Positions 15,036 to 27,187 of a stretch of DNA of 64,000 nt are shown piece after piece. The stretch lies in NCBI GenBank assembly GCA_002269645.1, contig NIVC01000406.1, positions 322,724 to 386,723 on the forward strand, read 5' to 3'. The notes beneath the pieces were generated by a model. That model was not told where the DNA came from. It ran no database searches and saw only the letters and a program-made list of their open reading frames with translations. Every line of letters begins with the position of its first letter. The first letter of the stretch is position 1. This DNA comes from Macrostomum lignano. Lineage: Eukaryota. A program made the translations under genes and the position numbers.

Positions 15036-18000
15036 ATGGCCGTTGTCAAGTACAAGAGTCAGAACTACAAGGTGAGTAGTTGATCGAATCTCAAATATAG
15101 TAAGAAAGCGAGCATGTGTTCTAAAAAAAATTTGTGGTAAAACTTGACTTGATACGATGGATTAAAAAGCTATTATGAATCCGTTTAGACGTCACTTGAA
15201 TTGGATTTCTAGCGAAATTGAGCTTTTTAATAAATTCAAATAAATATTTGAAGTGTTGAGTTCTCGCGGAGGCTGCTAATATAACTAATGGGGGTCCTTG
15301 GGTGGAAGTTTGAGTAGCCGAGAGTTATCAGAGAATCCAGGAGTCCATGACATTCTACCGGTATAGTAGTTTGCAGAAATCCGCAGCAATCCATGGCAGT
15401 CCATTGCAGTCCATGGCAGTCTATTGCAGTCTATGGCAGTCCATGGCAGTCCATTGTAGTCCATGGCAGTCCATAGTAGTCTATGGCAGTCCATGTCAGT
15501 CCATAGTAGTCTATGGCAGTCCATGTCAGTCCATAGTAGTCCATAGCAGTCCATGTCAGTCCATAGTAGTCCATAGCAGTCCATGTCAGTCCATAGTAGT
15601 CCATAGCAGTCTATGGCAGTCCATGTCAGTCCATAGCAGTCTATGGCAGTCCATTGTAGTCCATAGTAGTCTATGGCAGTCCATGTCAGTTCATAGTAGT
15701 CTATGGCAGTCTATAGTAGTCCATGTCAGTCCATAGCAGTCTATGGCAGTCCATGTCAGTCCATAGCAGTCTATGGCAGTCCATGTCAGTCCATAGCAGT
15801 CTATGGCAGTCCATGTCAGTTCATAGTAGTCTATGGCAGTCTATAGTAGTCCATGGAAGTCCATAGTAGTCCATGGGAGTCCATTACAGTCCATGCTGAA
15901 TATTCCCACCCCAAACTGACTGTCCCGCTCCGGCAGACGCTGCGCCGGAACCACCTCACCTTCAGCCGGAAGTTCGAAGACCCTGAGTTCCCTCTCGAGG
16001 CCGGGCCCGGCATCGACAACGACGGCGTTGAGTGGCTCCGCCCGTCGGAGCTCGCCGTGGGGCCGCGCCTGCTCTCGGACGGCGTGTCCGGCGCCGATGT
16101 GGTCGGCAGCGAGCGCGGCGCCTCGGCCTGGTTCGCCACCGCCTGCTCCGTCCTGACGGCGCGGCCCAGCCTGCTGCTCCAGCTGATCCCCAGCTACGCC
16201 GACCAGGACTATGGCACCCAGTTCCACCCCGGCATCTTGCAGTTCGAGTTCGGCCGCCAGGGCCGCGCCTACCGGGTGGTGGTCGATGACCGACTGCCCT
16301 CGCGGGGTGGCCAGCTGCTCCGCTGTCACTCCGATGACGGCGCCGAGTTCTGGAGCGCTCTGCTGGAGAAAGCCTACGCCAAGTGAGTGTCCGGGAAGTG
16401 TCCGGGAAGTGTCCGGGAAGTGTCTGAGAAGTGTCTGGGAAGTGTCTATAAAATGTCCCGGAAGTGTCTTTGTAAGTATCTCCAACATTTTTGGGAAGTG
16501 TCCAGGGAATGTCTTGGAAATGTCCCGGTATATGTCAGAACGTGTCCGAGATGTTGTCGAGAAGTGTCCAGAAAGTTTCTAGAAAGTACGAGTAGCTTGA
16601 GTAATGCCCGGGTAGTGTCTAAGAAATGTCCAGAAGTGTCATAGAAATGTCTTTGAATTTGTCTGAAGATGTCCGTTAAGTGTCTAGAAAATATCTGGAA
16701 AGTGTCAGGACAGTTGCTTGAAATTGTCTGTGAAGTGTCCACGAAATGTCTAGAAATGTCTATAAAACTGTCTATAAAATGTCCGGGAAGTGTCCGGGAA
16801 GTGTCCGGGAAGTGTCTCATAAGCGTCTCACCGATTCAGCTGATGCAGGACTGGCCGCAACAACCTTGCTTACCAACTCCGCACCATCCCGCCCGTCCCA
16901 GACTCCATGGTGGCTACGCGGCTCTCGCGAACGGCCGCATCGCCGACGCCATTGCCAGCTTCTGCCGGGGCATCCCGGACAGCTGGGACCTCCGACATCT
17001 GCAGGCTCAGGTGGACTTGACGAACCCCGTGGCCCGGGATCGGCTGGCGCGAATTCTGCAGAGCTTCGTTCGGCGTGACAGCATCCTGCTGTTCAGCCTT
17101 CGGGTGAGTCTCTCGGGTGATGCAGCTGGAGTGAGTCTCTCAGGTGATGCAGCTGGAGTGAGTCTCTTAGGTGATGCAGCTGGAGTGAGTCTCTCAGGTG
17201 ATGCAGCTGAAGTGAGTCTCTCGGGTGATGCAGCTGGATTGAGTCTCTCAGCCTGATGCAGCTGGAGTGAGTCTCTTAGGTGATGCAGCTGGAGTGAGTC
17301 TCTCGGGTGATGCAGCTGGAGTGAGTCTCTCGGGTGATGCAGCTGGAGTGAGTCTCTCAGGTGATGCAACTGGAGTGAGTCTCTCAGCCTGATGCAGCTG
17401 GAGTGAGTCTCTCGGGTGATGCAGCTGGAGTGAGTCTCTCAGGTGATGCAGCTGGAGTGAGTCTCTCAGCCTGATGCAGCTGGAGTGAGTCTCTTAGGTG
17501 ATGCAGCTGGAGTGAGTCTCTCGGGTGATGCAGCTGGAGTGAGTCTCTCGGGTGATGCAGCTGGAGTGAGTCTCTCAGGTGATGCAACTGGAGTGAGTCT
17601 CTCAGCCTGATGCAGCTGGAGTGAGTCTCTCGGGTGATGCAGCTGGAGTGAGTCTCTCAGGTGATGCAGCTGGAGTGAGTCTCTCAGCCTGATGCAGCTG
17701 GAGTGAGTCTCTCGGGTGATGCAGCTGGAGTGAGTCTCTCGGGTGATGCAGCTGGAGTGAGTCTCTCAGGTGATGCAACTGGAGTGAGTCTCTCAGCCTG
17801 ATGCAGCTGGAGTGAGTCTCTCGGGTGATGCAGCTGGAGTGAGTCTCTCAGGTGATGCAGCTGGAGTGAGTCTCTCAGCCTGATGCAGCTGGAGTGAGTC
17901 TCTCGGGTGATGCAGCTGGATTGAGTCTCTCAGCCTGATGCAGCTGGAGTGAGTCTCTTAGGTGATGCAGCTGGAGTGAGTCTCTCGGGTGATGCAGCTG

Positions 18001-21000
18001 GAGTGAGTCTCTCGGGTGATGCAGCTGGAGTGAGTCTCTCAGGTGATGCAACTGGAGTGAGTCTCTCAGCCTGATGCAGCTGGAGTGAGTCTCTCGGGTG
18101 ATGCAGCTGGAGTGAGTCTCTCAGGTGATGCAGCTGGAGTGAGTCTCTCAGCCTGATGCAGCTGGAGTGAGTCTCTCAGGTGATGCAGCTGGAGTGAGTC
18201 TCTCGGGTGATGCAGCTGGATTGAGTCTCTCAGAGTGATGCAGCTGGAGTGAGTCTCTCGGGTGATGCAGCTGGAGTGAGTCTCTCAGGTGATGCAGCTG
18301 GAGTGAGTCTCTCAGGTGATGCAGCTGGAGTGAGTCTCTCGGGTGATGCAGCTGGAGTGAGTCTCAGTCTGATGCAGCTGATAAGTTAAGAGTAACCTGA
18401 TGAGCAGTGGTGTGGCCATCAGTAACGCGGCTGTCCCGAACTCTCAGGGAACATTAACTGAGTGCTAATCTATAAAAGTACATCCCGTACTAACTTACCT
18501 ACTACAACGTTTCGCATCTGCCACGCTAAATATATATAATTAAGCATAGAGAGCTGCCTACTTGCAGCAGGCAGCCAGGAAGGCAGACATTTTGCTTTTT
18601 TGTTGAAATTCGCAGAACGCCCTTGTTTCTTTCCCTGACTGCTGCCGGAATCGCGAGGTCGCAATTCTTTTCTTAACCGAGATCTCGCCAGAATTCAATT
18701 TTGGAAAATTAAATTACAAGCTCAAGGCGCCTCTGGTTCAGCCCTACCCCCCCCCCTATTGCTGCCACCGCCTCAGGCAAGATGCAGCCTTTGAGAGTGG
18801 GGGCCTCAGCTGTTCTGCTCAATCTGTCCTTGAATTTCTGACTCCCTGCAGCTCGCAGCCACCTCAGCCCTCAGCTCTCGCCCATGCCGCATGTGATACT
18901 CGAAATCTCACGCTGACGCATAGCTGACGCATAGCTGACGCATAGCTGACGCATAGCTGACGCATAGCTGACGCATAGCTGACGCATAGCTGACGCATAG
19001 CTGACGCATAGCTGACGCATAGCTGACGCATAGCTGACGCATAGCTGACGCATAGCTGACGCATAGCTGACGCATAGCTGACGCATAGCTGACGCATAGC
19101 TGACGCATAGCTGACGCATAGCTGACGCATAGCTGACGCATAGCTGACGCATAGCTGACGCATAGCTGACGCATAGCTGACGCATAGCTGACGCATAGCT
19201 GACGCATAGCTGACGCATAGCTGACGCATAGCTGACGCATAGCTGACGCATAGCTGACGCATAGCTGACGCATAGCTGACGCATAGCTGACGCATAGCTG
19301 ACGCATAGCTGACGCATAGCTGACGCATAGCTGACGCATAGCTGACGCATAGCTGACGCATAGCTGACGCATAGCTGACGCATAGCTGACGCATAGCTGA
19401 CGCATAGCTGACGCATAGCTGACGCATAGCTGACCTTTTTGCTTCATTATTCAGCCCGAGGGCAAAGGCAGGCGGACGGGCGACTACACAGCGGATAATT
19501 TAGTCTATGGCCGGGGCTACCTGCTCAGCGATGTGCAGCAGGTGCGGCTGAAGGACGGCTCACCAGTGTGGCTGCTCAAGCTGCAGACGGCGCATTTTCA
19601 TGACAACAGCGAGTGGAAAGGGCCGTGGCGTGACGGGTGAGACTGGCTTCTCATCGCAACCCTGGGATCATTTTATTCACACGTCAGTGCCTGAAATCCG
19701 CCAAAAAATATTCCCTTTCAGCGGGCCCGAGTGGGGCCAGCTCGACATTGAATCGGCCAGCCGGGTGAATCACTGGTTTAAAGATGACTGCGTTTTTTGG
19801 TGAGTGCCGGAGACTCTGGAATAACTAATAGATGTCATTCGCAACATGTTCACCTAGCTACTGTTTTTTAGTAGCTTTTTTAGTATTATAATAATAAAAT
19901 AGCTGGGTTTTCTTATGTACATGACGATTTACACTGGGAATGGCTGCATCTGTTCTGATGTAAACTGGGAATGGCTGCATGTTTTGATGTACACTGGGAA
20001 TGGCTGCATGTTTTGATGTACACTGGGAATGGCTGCATGTTGACACCTGTATCTGTGTTACACTGAAAAGCTGCATGTCCCGGACACTCCAGGATCAGCC
20101 TCACGGACGCGATGGCCAGGTTCAGCGACCTGGACATGAGCCTGGCTCCCGACGGAAGCCGCAACTGGAAGCGAGTCTGCCTGGAGGGCCGCCGCGGCGC
20201 TGGCAATCCGCCGACTGAGCCGCAGTACCTCTTGCGCATCCGCGGCGACGGCTTCCAGACGGTGACGGTCTGTCTGGAGCAGGGCGGGCCGGAGGCGGCC
20301 TGCAGACCCGACCTGCTGGCGCCCATGGGCCTGGAGCTGCTGCGGGCTGAGGACAACCGCAACACCCGCCTGCCATTGGGTGCCGGGCCGCCGTCCGCGC
20401 GGCTGGTGGCGCGAGCGGCGATGGAGCGCCGGGCGGTGATCACCCTGGGGGCCAGCCTGCCGCCTGGGAGCTACGTACTGCTGCCGCAGTTCGGCGATGC
20501 TGAGATCGACTTCACCATCAGGGCCTTCAGCCGGCTGAAGTTCCAGCTCAGGTTAGTCAGTCAGTCAGTCAGTCAGTCAGTCAGTCAGTCAGTCAGTCAG
20601 TCAGTCAGTCAGTCAGTCAGTCAGTCAGTCAGTCAGTCAGTCAGTCAGTCAGTCAGTCAGTCAGTCAGTCAGTCAGTCAGTCAGTCAGTCAGTCAGTCAG
20701 TCAGTCAGTCAGTCAGTCAGTCAGTCAGTCAGTCAGTCAGTCAGTCAGTCAGTCAGTCAGTCAGTCAGTCAGTCAGTCAGTCAGTCAGTCAGTCAGTCAG
20801 TCAGTCAGTCAGTCAGTCAGTCAGTCAGTCAGTCAGTCAGTCAGTCAGTCAGTCAGTCAGTCAGTCAGTCAGTCAGTCAGTCAGTCAGTCAGTCAGTCAG
20901 TCAGTCAGTCAGTCAGTCAGTCAGTCAGTCAGTCAGTCAGTCAGTCAGTCAGTCAGTCAGTCAGTCAGTCAGTCAGTCAGTCAGTCAGTCAGTCAGTCAG

Positions 21001-22677
21001 TCAGTCAGTCAGTCAGTCAGTCAGTCAGTCAGTCAGTCAGTCAGTCAGTCAGTCAGTCAGTCAGTCAGTCAGTCAGTCAGTCAGTCAGTCAGTCAGTCAG
21101 TCAGTCAGTCAGTCAGTCAGTCAGTCAGTCAGTCAGTCAGTCAGTCAGTCAGTCAGTCAGTCAGTCAGTCAGTCAGTCAGTCAGTCAGTCAGTCAGTCAG
21201 TCAGTCAGTCAGTCAGTCAGTCAGTCAGTCAGTCAGTCAGTCAGTCAGTCAGTCAGTCAGTCAGTCAGTCAGTCAGTCAGTCAGTCAGTCAGTCAGTCAG
21301 TCAGTCAGTCAGTCAGTCAGTCAGTCAGTCAGTCAGTCAGTCAGTCAGTCAGTCAGTCAGTCAGTCAGTCAGTCAGTCAGTCAGTCAGTCAGTCAGTCAG
21401 TCAGTCAGTCAGTCAGTCAGTCAGTCAGTCAGTCAGTCAGTCAGTCAGTCAGTCAGTCAGTCAGTCAGTCAGTCAGTCAGTCAGTCAGTCAGTCAGTCAG
21501 TCAGTCAGTCAGTCAGTCAGTCAGTCAGTCCACCCTCACTGTTGCAGCCCTCTGACGTCGTCAAGGACGCAGGGGTCGGGCTGCCGGGCCCGGAGCCACA
21601 AGTCGGTGTCCCGCCTGGTGGTGCAACGGGTGACAGGGGTGGCGGCCTGGCTGAAGTGCCCGCCAGCGGAGGTGAAGATCAAGCTGCGGGTGGCCTGCCC
21701 GAACTCCAGCATCTCGGACTGGTACAGTCGGTACTATTATGCCGAGCCGGAGCAGGGCGACACGTTTGAGACGGACCTTCGACTGCTCATCCATCGATAC
21801 AAGCTGGGCGAGCCGGTGAACATTGATGTGAGATGGCAGGGTCGCAGATTACAGTGTTCACCGATGCTTTGATGTAATCTGAAGATTATTAGTGCAGATG
21901 TCGGCTGCTTACCGGAGCCAGTAGCCAATAAGAAGTCACAGAGAGGGGCAAGGCAAGCGGAGCAGAGACAGGATTAGACGTCAGCCAATCAGCGCAGACC
22001 TACTGGGGTCTGGGGGTGGGGGCTCAATCACTCAGGATTGTGTTTATTGGACAAGGCTATGCAGAGCCAATAGCAGCAGGCGAGCAGGCCTGCAGCAGGA
22101 GAGAAACGACAACCAATCAGTGAGCGCTGAGGGTGACTAGTGTATAAAACGGACTTATAAAAGTGAGGAGGGGCCTCCACGGGGGTGACATGCTGGCACG
22201 ACGTGGAGGGCGAAACAAAAAAGTGCAGAATGTACGTAGGAGAGTCCTGAAACCCTTAATGTACATGGAATTTTGTGGAATGTGCTAAAGAGAATCTGAA
22301 AAAAAACAATTTTAACTCCGCATAACCAGTAAAGTACTGTGTGAAATTTACGCAAGATAATATTGAAGCCCTTAGCTTGTATATCAGAGGTTTGTTGCTT
22401 TGGGTAGCAAATGGATGCATTAGTCATATTCAGAGCATATCCAAACGTACTACTGAATGAGTAGTCATCCTTTGCACAGACCCTACTAGGCTATTTTGAG
22501 CACAGTGCTCAGCCCCAGTCAGAGCATTGATTGTCGAAGTGGAATCCGCAGGCCCAGTGCCGAGCGCGCAGCGAACCGAGCCGTCTAACAAGCCGGAAGC
22601 GATTCCCCCAAACCCTTTGCCACCCTGCCAGCAGGCCCCGTGATTGCCCCCGAGTTTCTTGGCGGCACAAAACAGCA

Positions 22678-22708
<31 letters not shown>

Positions 22709-22719
22709 AACGGAGAAAG

Positions 22720-22768
<49 letters not shown>

Positions 22769-25020
22769 GCGTGAGTCCTCGGACTCCAAGAAGTTCTCCC
22801 GGCGGAGTCTCCGACCCAGAAAAATCAAATTGGAAGGTCCAGCTTGAGACTGCGGGCCAGGCCTTGTAATTAGGGGGGGGGAGCGGGGGCTGCACAGGCA
22901 GTAACAGGCAGCGCTAATCCAACCACTTGATTTGCCTAATTCGCAAACTGCTCAGCCGACTCTGCCCAGCGGCCCTCACGCCCAAGTTGCCTCCCCCTCC
23001 AACGTAAAGCGAGGGTGCTTGAGAACCTCCTTCCCGGCCGTCCCCTGCTGCTCCGCTCCGGTTCTGCGGTCGGGCGGCCTGCGATCCCCCTGTCTCCTCC
23101 ACGCACCGGCCCGCTGTTTCTGGCCTCTCTGCCTCCGCTCCAGCGCTGCATTTTTCATTGATTTTGCCCTCCCGGCAGCTGACGGGTCTCACGTTCCACA
23201 CTGAAGGCTTGGAGGGCGGGCGGGCGCGGCCTCTCCTTGCTGCGTTGCGGCGCTGCCTGCCTTCTTCTGTCGCTCTTCCACCCCCCCAGAAATTCTCTGC
23301 CTAAAAACGGTCCAGCAATTTCTCGTCTTCCAGGACGAGAGAAACGTCTTGTCCCTTCGTTTTCTTTCAGCTTTCTTGCCTTAGCGCAGTTTCCTACAAC
23401 TGCAGAACCGGCTGGCTCTGCGGGGGAATTCTGTAGGCTTTTCTCTGCGCCTCCGCCGGGGCATCGGGGCCAGTGTGGCGGCAGCTGCTCTCGACACCAC
23501 AAATTGTTCAGCGGTGGGAAATGCCGGCCTAAAAGTATTCAAAGCTCCTTCCATCATAGCTGCTAAAAAGCAGTTAACCTACCTATGCCCGTATGCACAG
23601 GTGTGTTTGCCTGGGCAGGTGGGTGGGCGACGTTGATCCTCTGGGAATTCCTTCGCCTTGGTCCAGCTGGGAGGCTGGGGACTCAATGGACTCGGCGGGA
23701 GCATGACAGCACTACTCACTATGGTACTCGCAGCACCCAAACTAAAGAAGTTACAGCAGTAACTTCAAAGAGGTTGCAGCCTAGTGGTTAGAGCATTGGA
23801 CTCACGAGTGAAAGGTCGGGGGTTCGATTCTCGACCAACTCCAAACAATTTGTGTCCTTTGTTCAACCAGCTGTATAATGGGTGCTAGCATTAGCTGGGG
23901 CAATTGAGGGTGTGTGGCGACACCCCAGTCCTTGGACTGAGCAGCCGTACGCAGTCTTCAGATGCGTTGCGCAATAGCTGAGCTGTCGGTTGCACATCTG
24001 CCCATTAGAGCGGGGTAGGTGCAATCAATTCTTATTAATTATTATTATAATAGAAAATTATTTTGAAAAGCCGGCTTCAGATGAACTCAACTGAGGATCT
24101 CCTGCACTGTTTTGTCCTCTTAAAGACGATCTTAAAGGTAGAGAGGGTTTTTTCCCGTTTTTCTCTTGAGGTAATAGAACAAATTTTAAGCTGAATAAAC
24201 ACAAATAAAAAATTACGGAATCGATCAGGCAAATGATTTACCATTTAGTTATACGGCTACCTCTTGAAAAAAGCCTTTGGCATGCACAAGATCAGAACCC
24301 GATGCTAGTGCAAGTCTAGTACAGAACCCGATGCCTCATGCTAGTGCAAGTTCAGTACAGAACCCGATGCCTCATGCTAGTGCAAGTCCTGTACAGAACC
24401 CGATGACTCATGCTTGTACAAGTTCAGTACAGAACCCGATGCCTCATGCTTGTACAAGTTCAGTACAGAACCCGATGCCTCATTCTTGTACAAGTCCAGT
24501 ACAGGACCCGATGCCTCATTCTTGTACAAGTCCAGTACAGGACCCGATGCCTCATTCTTGTACAAGTCCAGTACAGGACCCGATGACTCATGCTAGTGTA
24601 AGTCCAGTACAGAACCTGATGCCTCATGCTAGTGCAAGTCCAGTACAGAACCTGATGCCTCATGCTAGTGCAAGTCCTGTACAGAACCTGATGCCTCATG
24701 CTAGTGCAAGTCCAGTACAGAACCTGATGCCTCATGCTAGTGCAAGTCCTGTACAGGACCTGATGCCTCATGCTTGTACAAGTTCAGTACAGAACTCCTC
24801 TCGGTAGTTCAAGCTGTCAGTCTATCAACCAACTATACCACCGCAGGTGTACTACAGCGCAGTGGGGTCCTACACCAAGTCCCAGGTCGGCCAGGTCAGC
24901 ATCGGCGAGTCGGCGGCGCCCACCGGCCAGGAAGCGGCTCTTATTGGCCAGGACGGCCAACCAATCGGAGTCTCGCTGCATTGCGCGCTGTGCACGGTGG
25001 AGGACTGGGAGGAGATCTGA
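15036..25020 (+). CDS. CAPN5: Calpain-5/6 (TRA-3)-type protein, CysPc-CBSW-C2 architecture, predicted catalytically inactive, 618 aa
   Basis: Exons 15036-15071, 15937-16382, 16902-17103, 19455-19636, 19722-19799, 20093-20551, 21548-21827 and 24847-25020 are phase-compatible GT-AG (1857 nt). Motifs: KYKSQNYKTLRR..FEDPEFP, VVVDDRLP, EFWSALLEKAYAKLHGGY, EWKGPWRD, DDCVFW, domain III PGSYVLLP, and a C2-like tail (LIHRYKLGEPVNIDVYY...GQVSI) typical of CAPN5/6. The symbol is a family-level assignment. Confidence 0.88.
15380..15895. repeat. 10-bp-based degenerate satellite (cagtccatgg/tagtctatgg) in calpain intron 1
   Basis: Directly visible. Confidence 0.9.
16383..16820. repeat. Degenerate 11-bp satellite (gtgtccgggaa) starting at the calpain intron 2 donor
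   Basis: Perfect copies at both ends, decayed in the middle. Confidence 0.8.
17104..18380. repeat. 27/28-bp minisatellite in calpain intron 3, each unit starting GTGAGT
   Basis: Unit gtgagtctctcgggtgatgcagctgga, ~47 copies; the first unit is the real donor. Confidence 0.97.
18912..19433. repeat. Perfect 11-bp minisatellite (gctgacgcata)n
   Basis: ~47 copies ending ~20 nt before the intron 3 acceptor at 19454. Confidence 0.98.
20553..21529. repeat. (TCAG)n microsatellite filling calpain intron 6
   Basis: ~240 perfect units. Confidence 0.98.
22679..22765. repeat. (GA)n microsatellite
   Basis: Directly visible. Confidence 0.9.
23771..24050 (+). mobile_element. tRNA-derived SINE (family 1) in calpain intron 7
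   Basis: A-box tagtggttagag, B-box ggttcgattc, a body shared with 46475-46770 (ctgtataatgggtgctagcattagctgggg...ttcagatgcgttgcgcaatagctg) and an (ATT)-rich tail. Confidence 0.8.
24295..24790. repeat. 33-bp minisatellite, ~15 copies
   Basis: Unit cagtacagaacccgatgcctcatgctagtgcaagt and variants, just upstream of the last calpain exon. Confidence 0.93.
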
Positions 25021-26089
25021 CCTCCCGCAACAGCTCATTAACACGAGTTTTTATATAATTATTTAAGCACCCGACTAACCGAAATCCCAACAAAACCTCA
25101 GAAGATAATTAGGGATCAATGAAACTTGAACAGCAGACATGAGCACCGATTCCAAACGCTATATTTTGCCACATAAGAGTACATATCTGACACTCCTACT
25201 GAAATAAATAACACTGTTTATTAAGAGTTGACTCCAGATTTTAACAAGCGCACAACAATAACAAAGCAATATTTGCAGACTCAAAATGCTTGACGATTTC
25301 CGTACCGACGACTCACTTCCCAAAGCAGAGCCCCCAATCACTCCGTGTTGCCCCGGTTTCCTGACAACTATTTCTTATACAGTATACTCGTATAACCGAG
25401 GCTTTGAACTGTAACCATATCGCATTTCTGCAAATGTGGCCTGCACTGGCTCTGGATGCTGCTAACCCAGCCCAGCTAGCCCGGGATCGATGCGCTCCAT
25501 GCTTCTCAACTCTGCTCACACTACTCAAGCCTGTCTCCCCTCACACCCTGCCCCGTGGCGGAATCTCTGGAGTGTGTATAGAACACCGGGGGCCGGGATG
25601 TTTCTCTTCTGCCCAGCCTCCCCTGCTCGGCCGGCGGGCCGCATCCTCTGCGTGCAGTCTTTCTCTTATTTCTTGAGTCTTGATTTTTCTGAGCCGCAAA
25701 ATCCCGCCGCGCATTTGGCGAGCACCGGTGCTGGGAGCCAGCGGGCCCGCGTGACCCCGGAGATCGCGTGCGATCTCGGCGATTCTCTTGGTCATCGAGG
25801 GGAGACGTTGCTGCAGACAGCAGACAGAAGAGGAAATTTTTCTTGCCTGACTGAAACGGGCAAACTCGATTGATTAGAAGCAGCTCCGCTTCTCCGCCTC
25901 CCCGCTCAGGAGCGGAGTGTAACGAATTAACCGATGTTGAGACTCCATTTCTGTTCATGTAAACTTGCTTTTCCACTCCTCGCCCGGGTACAAATGTGCA
26001 GCTGACAGAGTTGAGTGGCACTGCGGCTCGAGTTGATGAATTAGATTTCGGTGGGGAATTGCCTGTCCGAGTAGCACAGGGGTAGGGTG

Positions 26090-26708
26090 GATTGCTAATC
26101 TAGCCAGTCATGGGTTGCTAATCTAGCCAGTCATGGATTACTAATCTAGCCAGTCATGGGTATTGCTAATCTAACCAGTCATGGGTAATGCTAATCTAGC
26201 CAGTCATGGGTATTGCTAATCTAGCCAGTCATGGATTGCTAATCTAGCCAGTCATGGATAGCTAATCTAGCCAGTCATGGGTATTGCTAATCTAACCAGT
26301 CATGGGTAATGCTAATCTAGCCAGTCATGGGTATTGCTAATCTAACCAGTCATGGGTATTGCTAATCTAGCCAGTCATGGGTATTGCTAATCTAGCCAGT
26401 CATGGGTATTGCTAATCTAGCCAGTCATGGGTATTGCTAATCTAGCCTATTATGGATGCAGGAATAGAATGGATTGCTAATCTAGCCTGTCATGGATGCA
26501 GGAATAGAATGGATTGCTAATCTAGCCTATCACGGATGCAGGAATAGAATGGATTGCTAATCTAGCCTATCACGGATGCAGGAATAGAATGGATTGCTAA
26601 TCTAGCCTATCATGGATGCAGGAATAGAATGGATTGCTAATCTAGCCTATCACGGATGCAGGAATAGAATGGATTGCTAATCTAGCCTATCATGGATGCA
26701 GGAATAGA
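26090..26708. repeat. Compound minisatellite: ~25-bp array followed by a 40-bp array
   Basis: gctaatctagccagtcatgggtatt to ~26440, then tctagcctatcatggatgcaggaatagaatggattgctaa (~6.5 copies). Confidence 0.95.
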
Positions 26709-27156
26709 GCGATACATAATGGAATGCAGCCAGATATCAGACCCCAGTCTGCACCAGAGTGGCCAGCAATTTTTTGCGAAGCCGCAGAGGTTTGAACAGG
26801 TCAGTTGCACTATCAAAAACAGAGCAGTCAGAATTCGCACTATGCAAGGCGCGAAATCTGGCAGGCGAGCTGCTACCCCCCCCCCACTCCGTCACTGGCT
26901 GTCCGGCTCCGCCAATGAAATTTCTGCAGTCTTGAAGCTTTCAGTCCGGGCGCCCTGCTGCCGGGGCTTCATCTCCCAACTTCGGGTAGCAACTAGCAAC
27001 CTACTGAGGCGCGGTCTTCAATTGCCGAACTCAAAACTCAGCCAACTCACGGAAAGCGGCGCTGAAGAGTTCCGACCAGTTGTTGCTTTGTCGACAGTCA
27101 GCTGACTGAGGGGCCCTCCGGTTTGCTGGGGTCGGCAGCGACGCCTGACAGGGAAG

Positions 27157-27174
27157 ATGGCCGCCGGCATGTGA
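27157..27174 (+). promoter_or_regulatory. Upstream ORF (MAAGM*) in the arrestin 5' leader
   Basis: AAGATGG context; stops 13 nt before the main ATG at 27188. Confidence 0.4.
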
Positions 27175-27187
27175 CCGCACTGCGAGC

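Noticed and set aside
20112-21872. 586-aa single ORF ending ...RWQGRRLQCSPML
   Set aside because: It reads through intron 6 and past the donor at 21828; the calpain C2 domain is completed by the exon at 24847-25020.
23771-23845. tRNA genes at 23771, 37460, 40325 and 46475
   Set aside because: A and B boxes are present but there are no proper acceptor or anticodon stems, and they run into shared repeat bodies; these are SINE heads.
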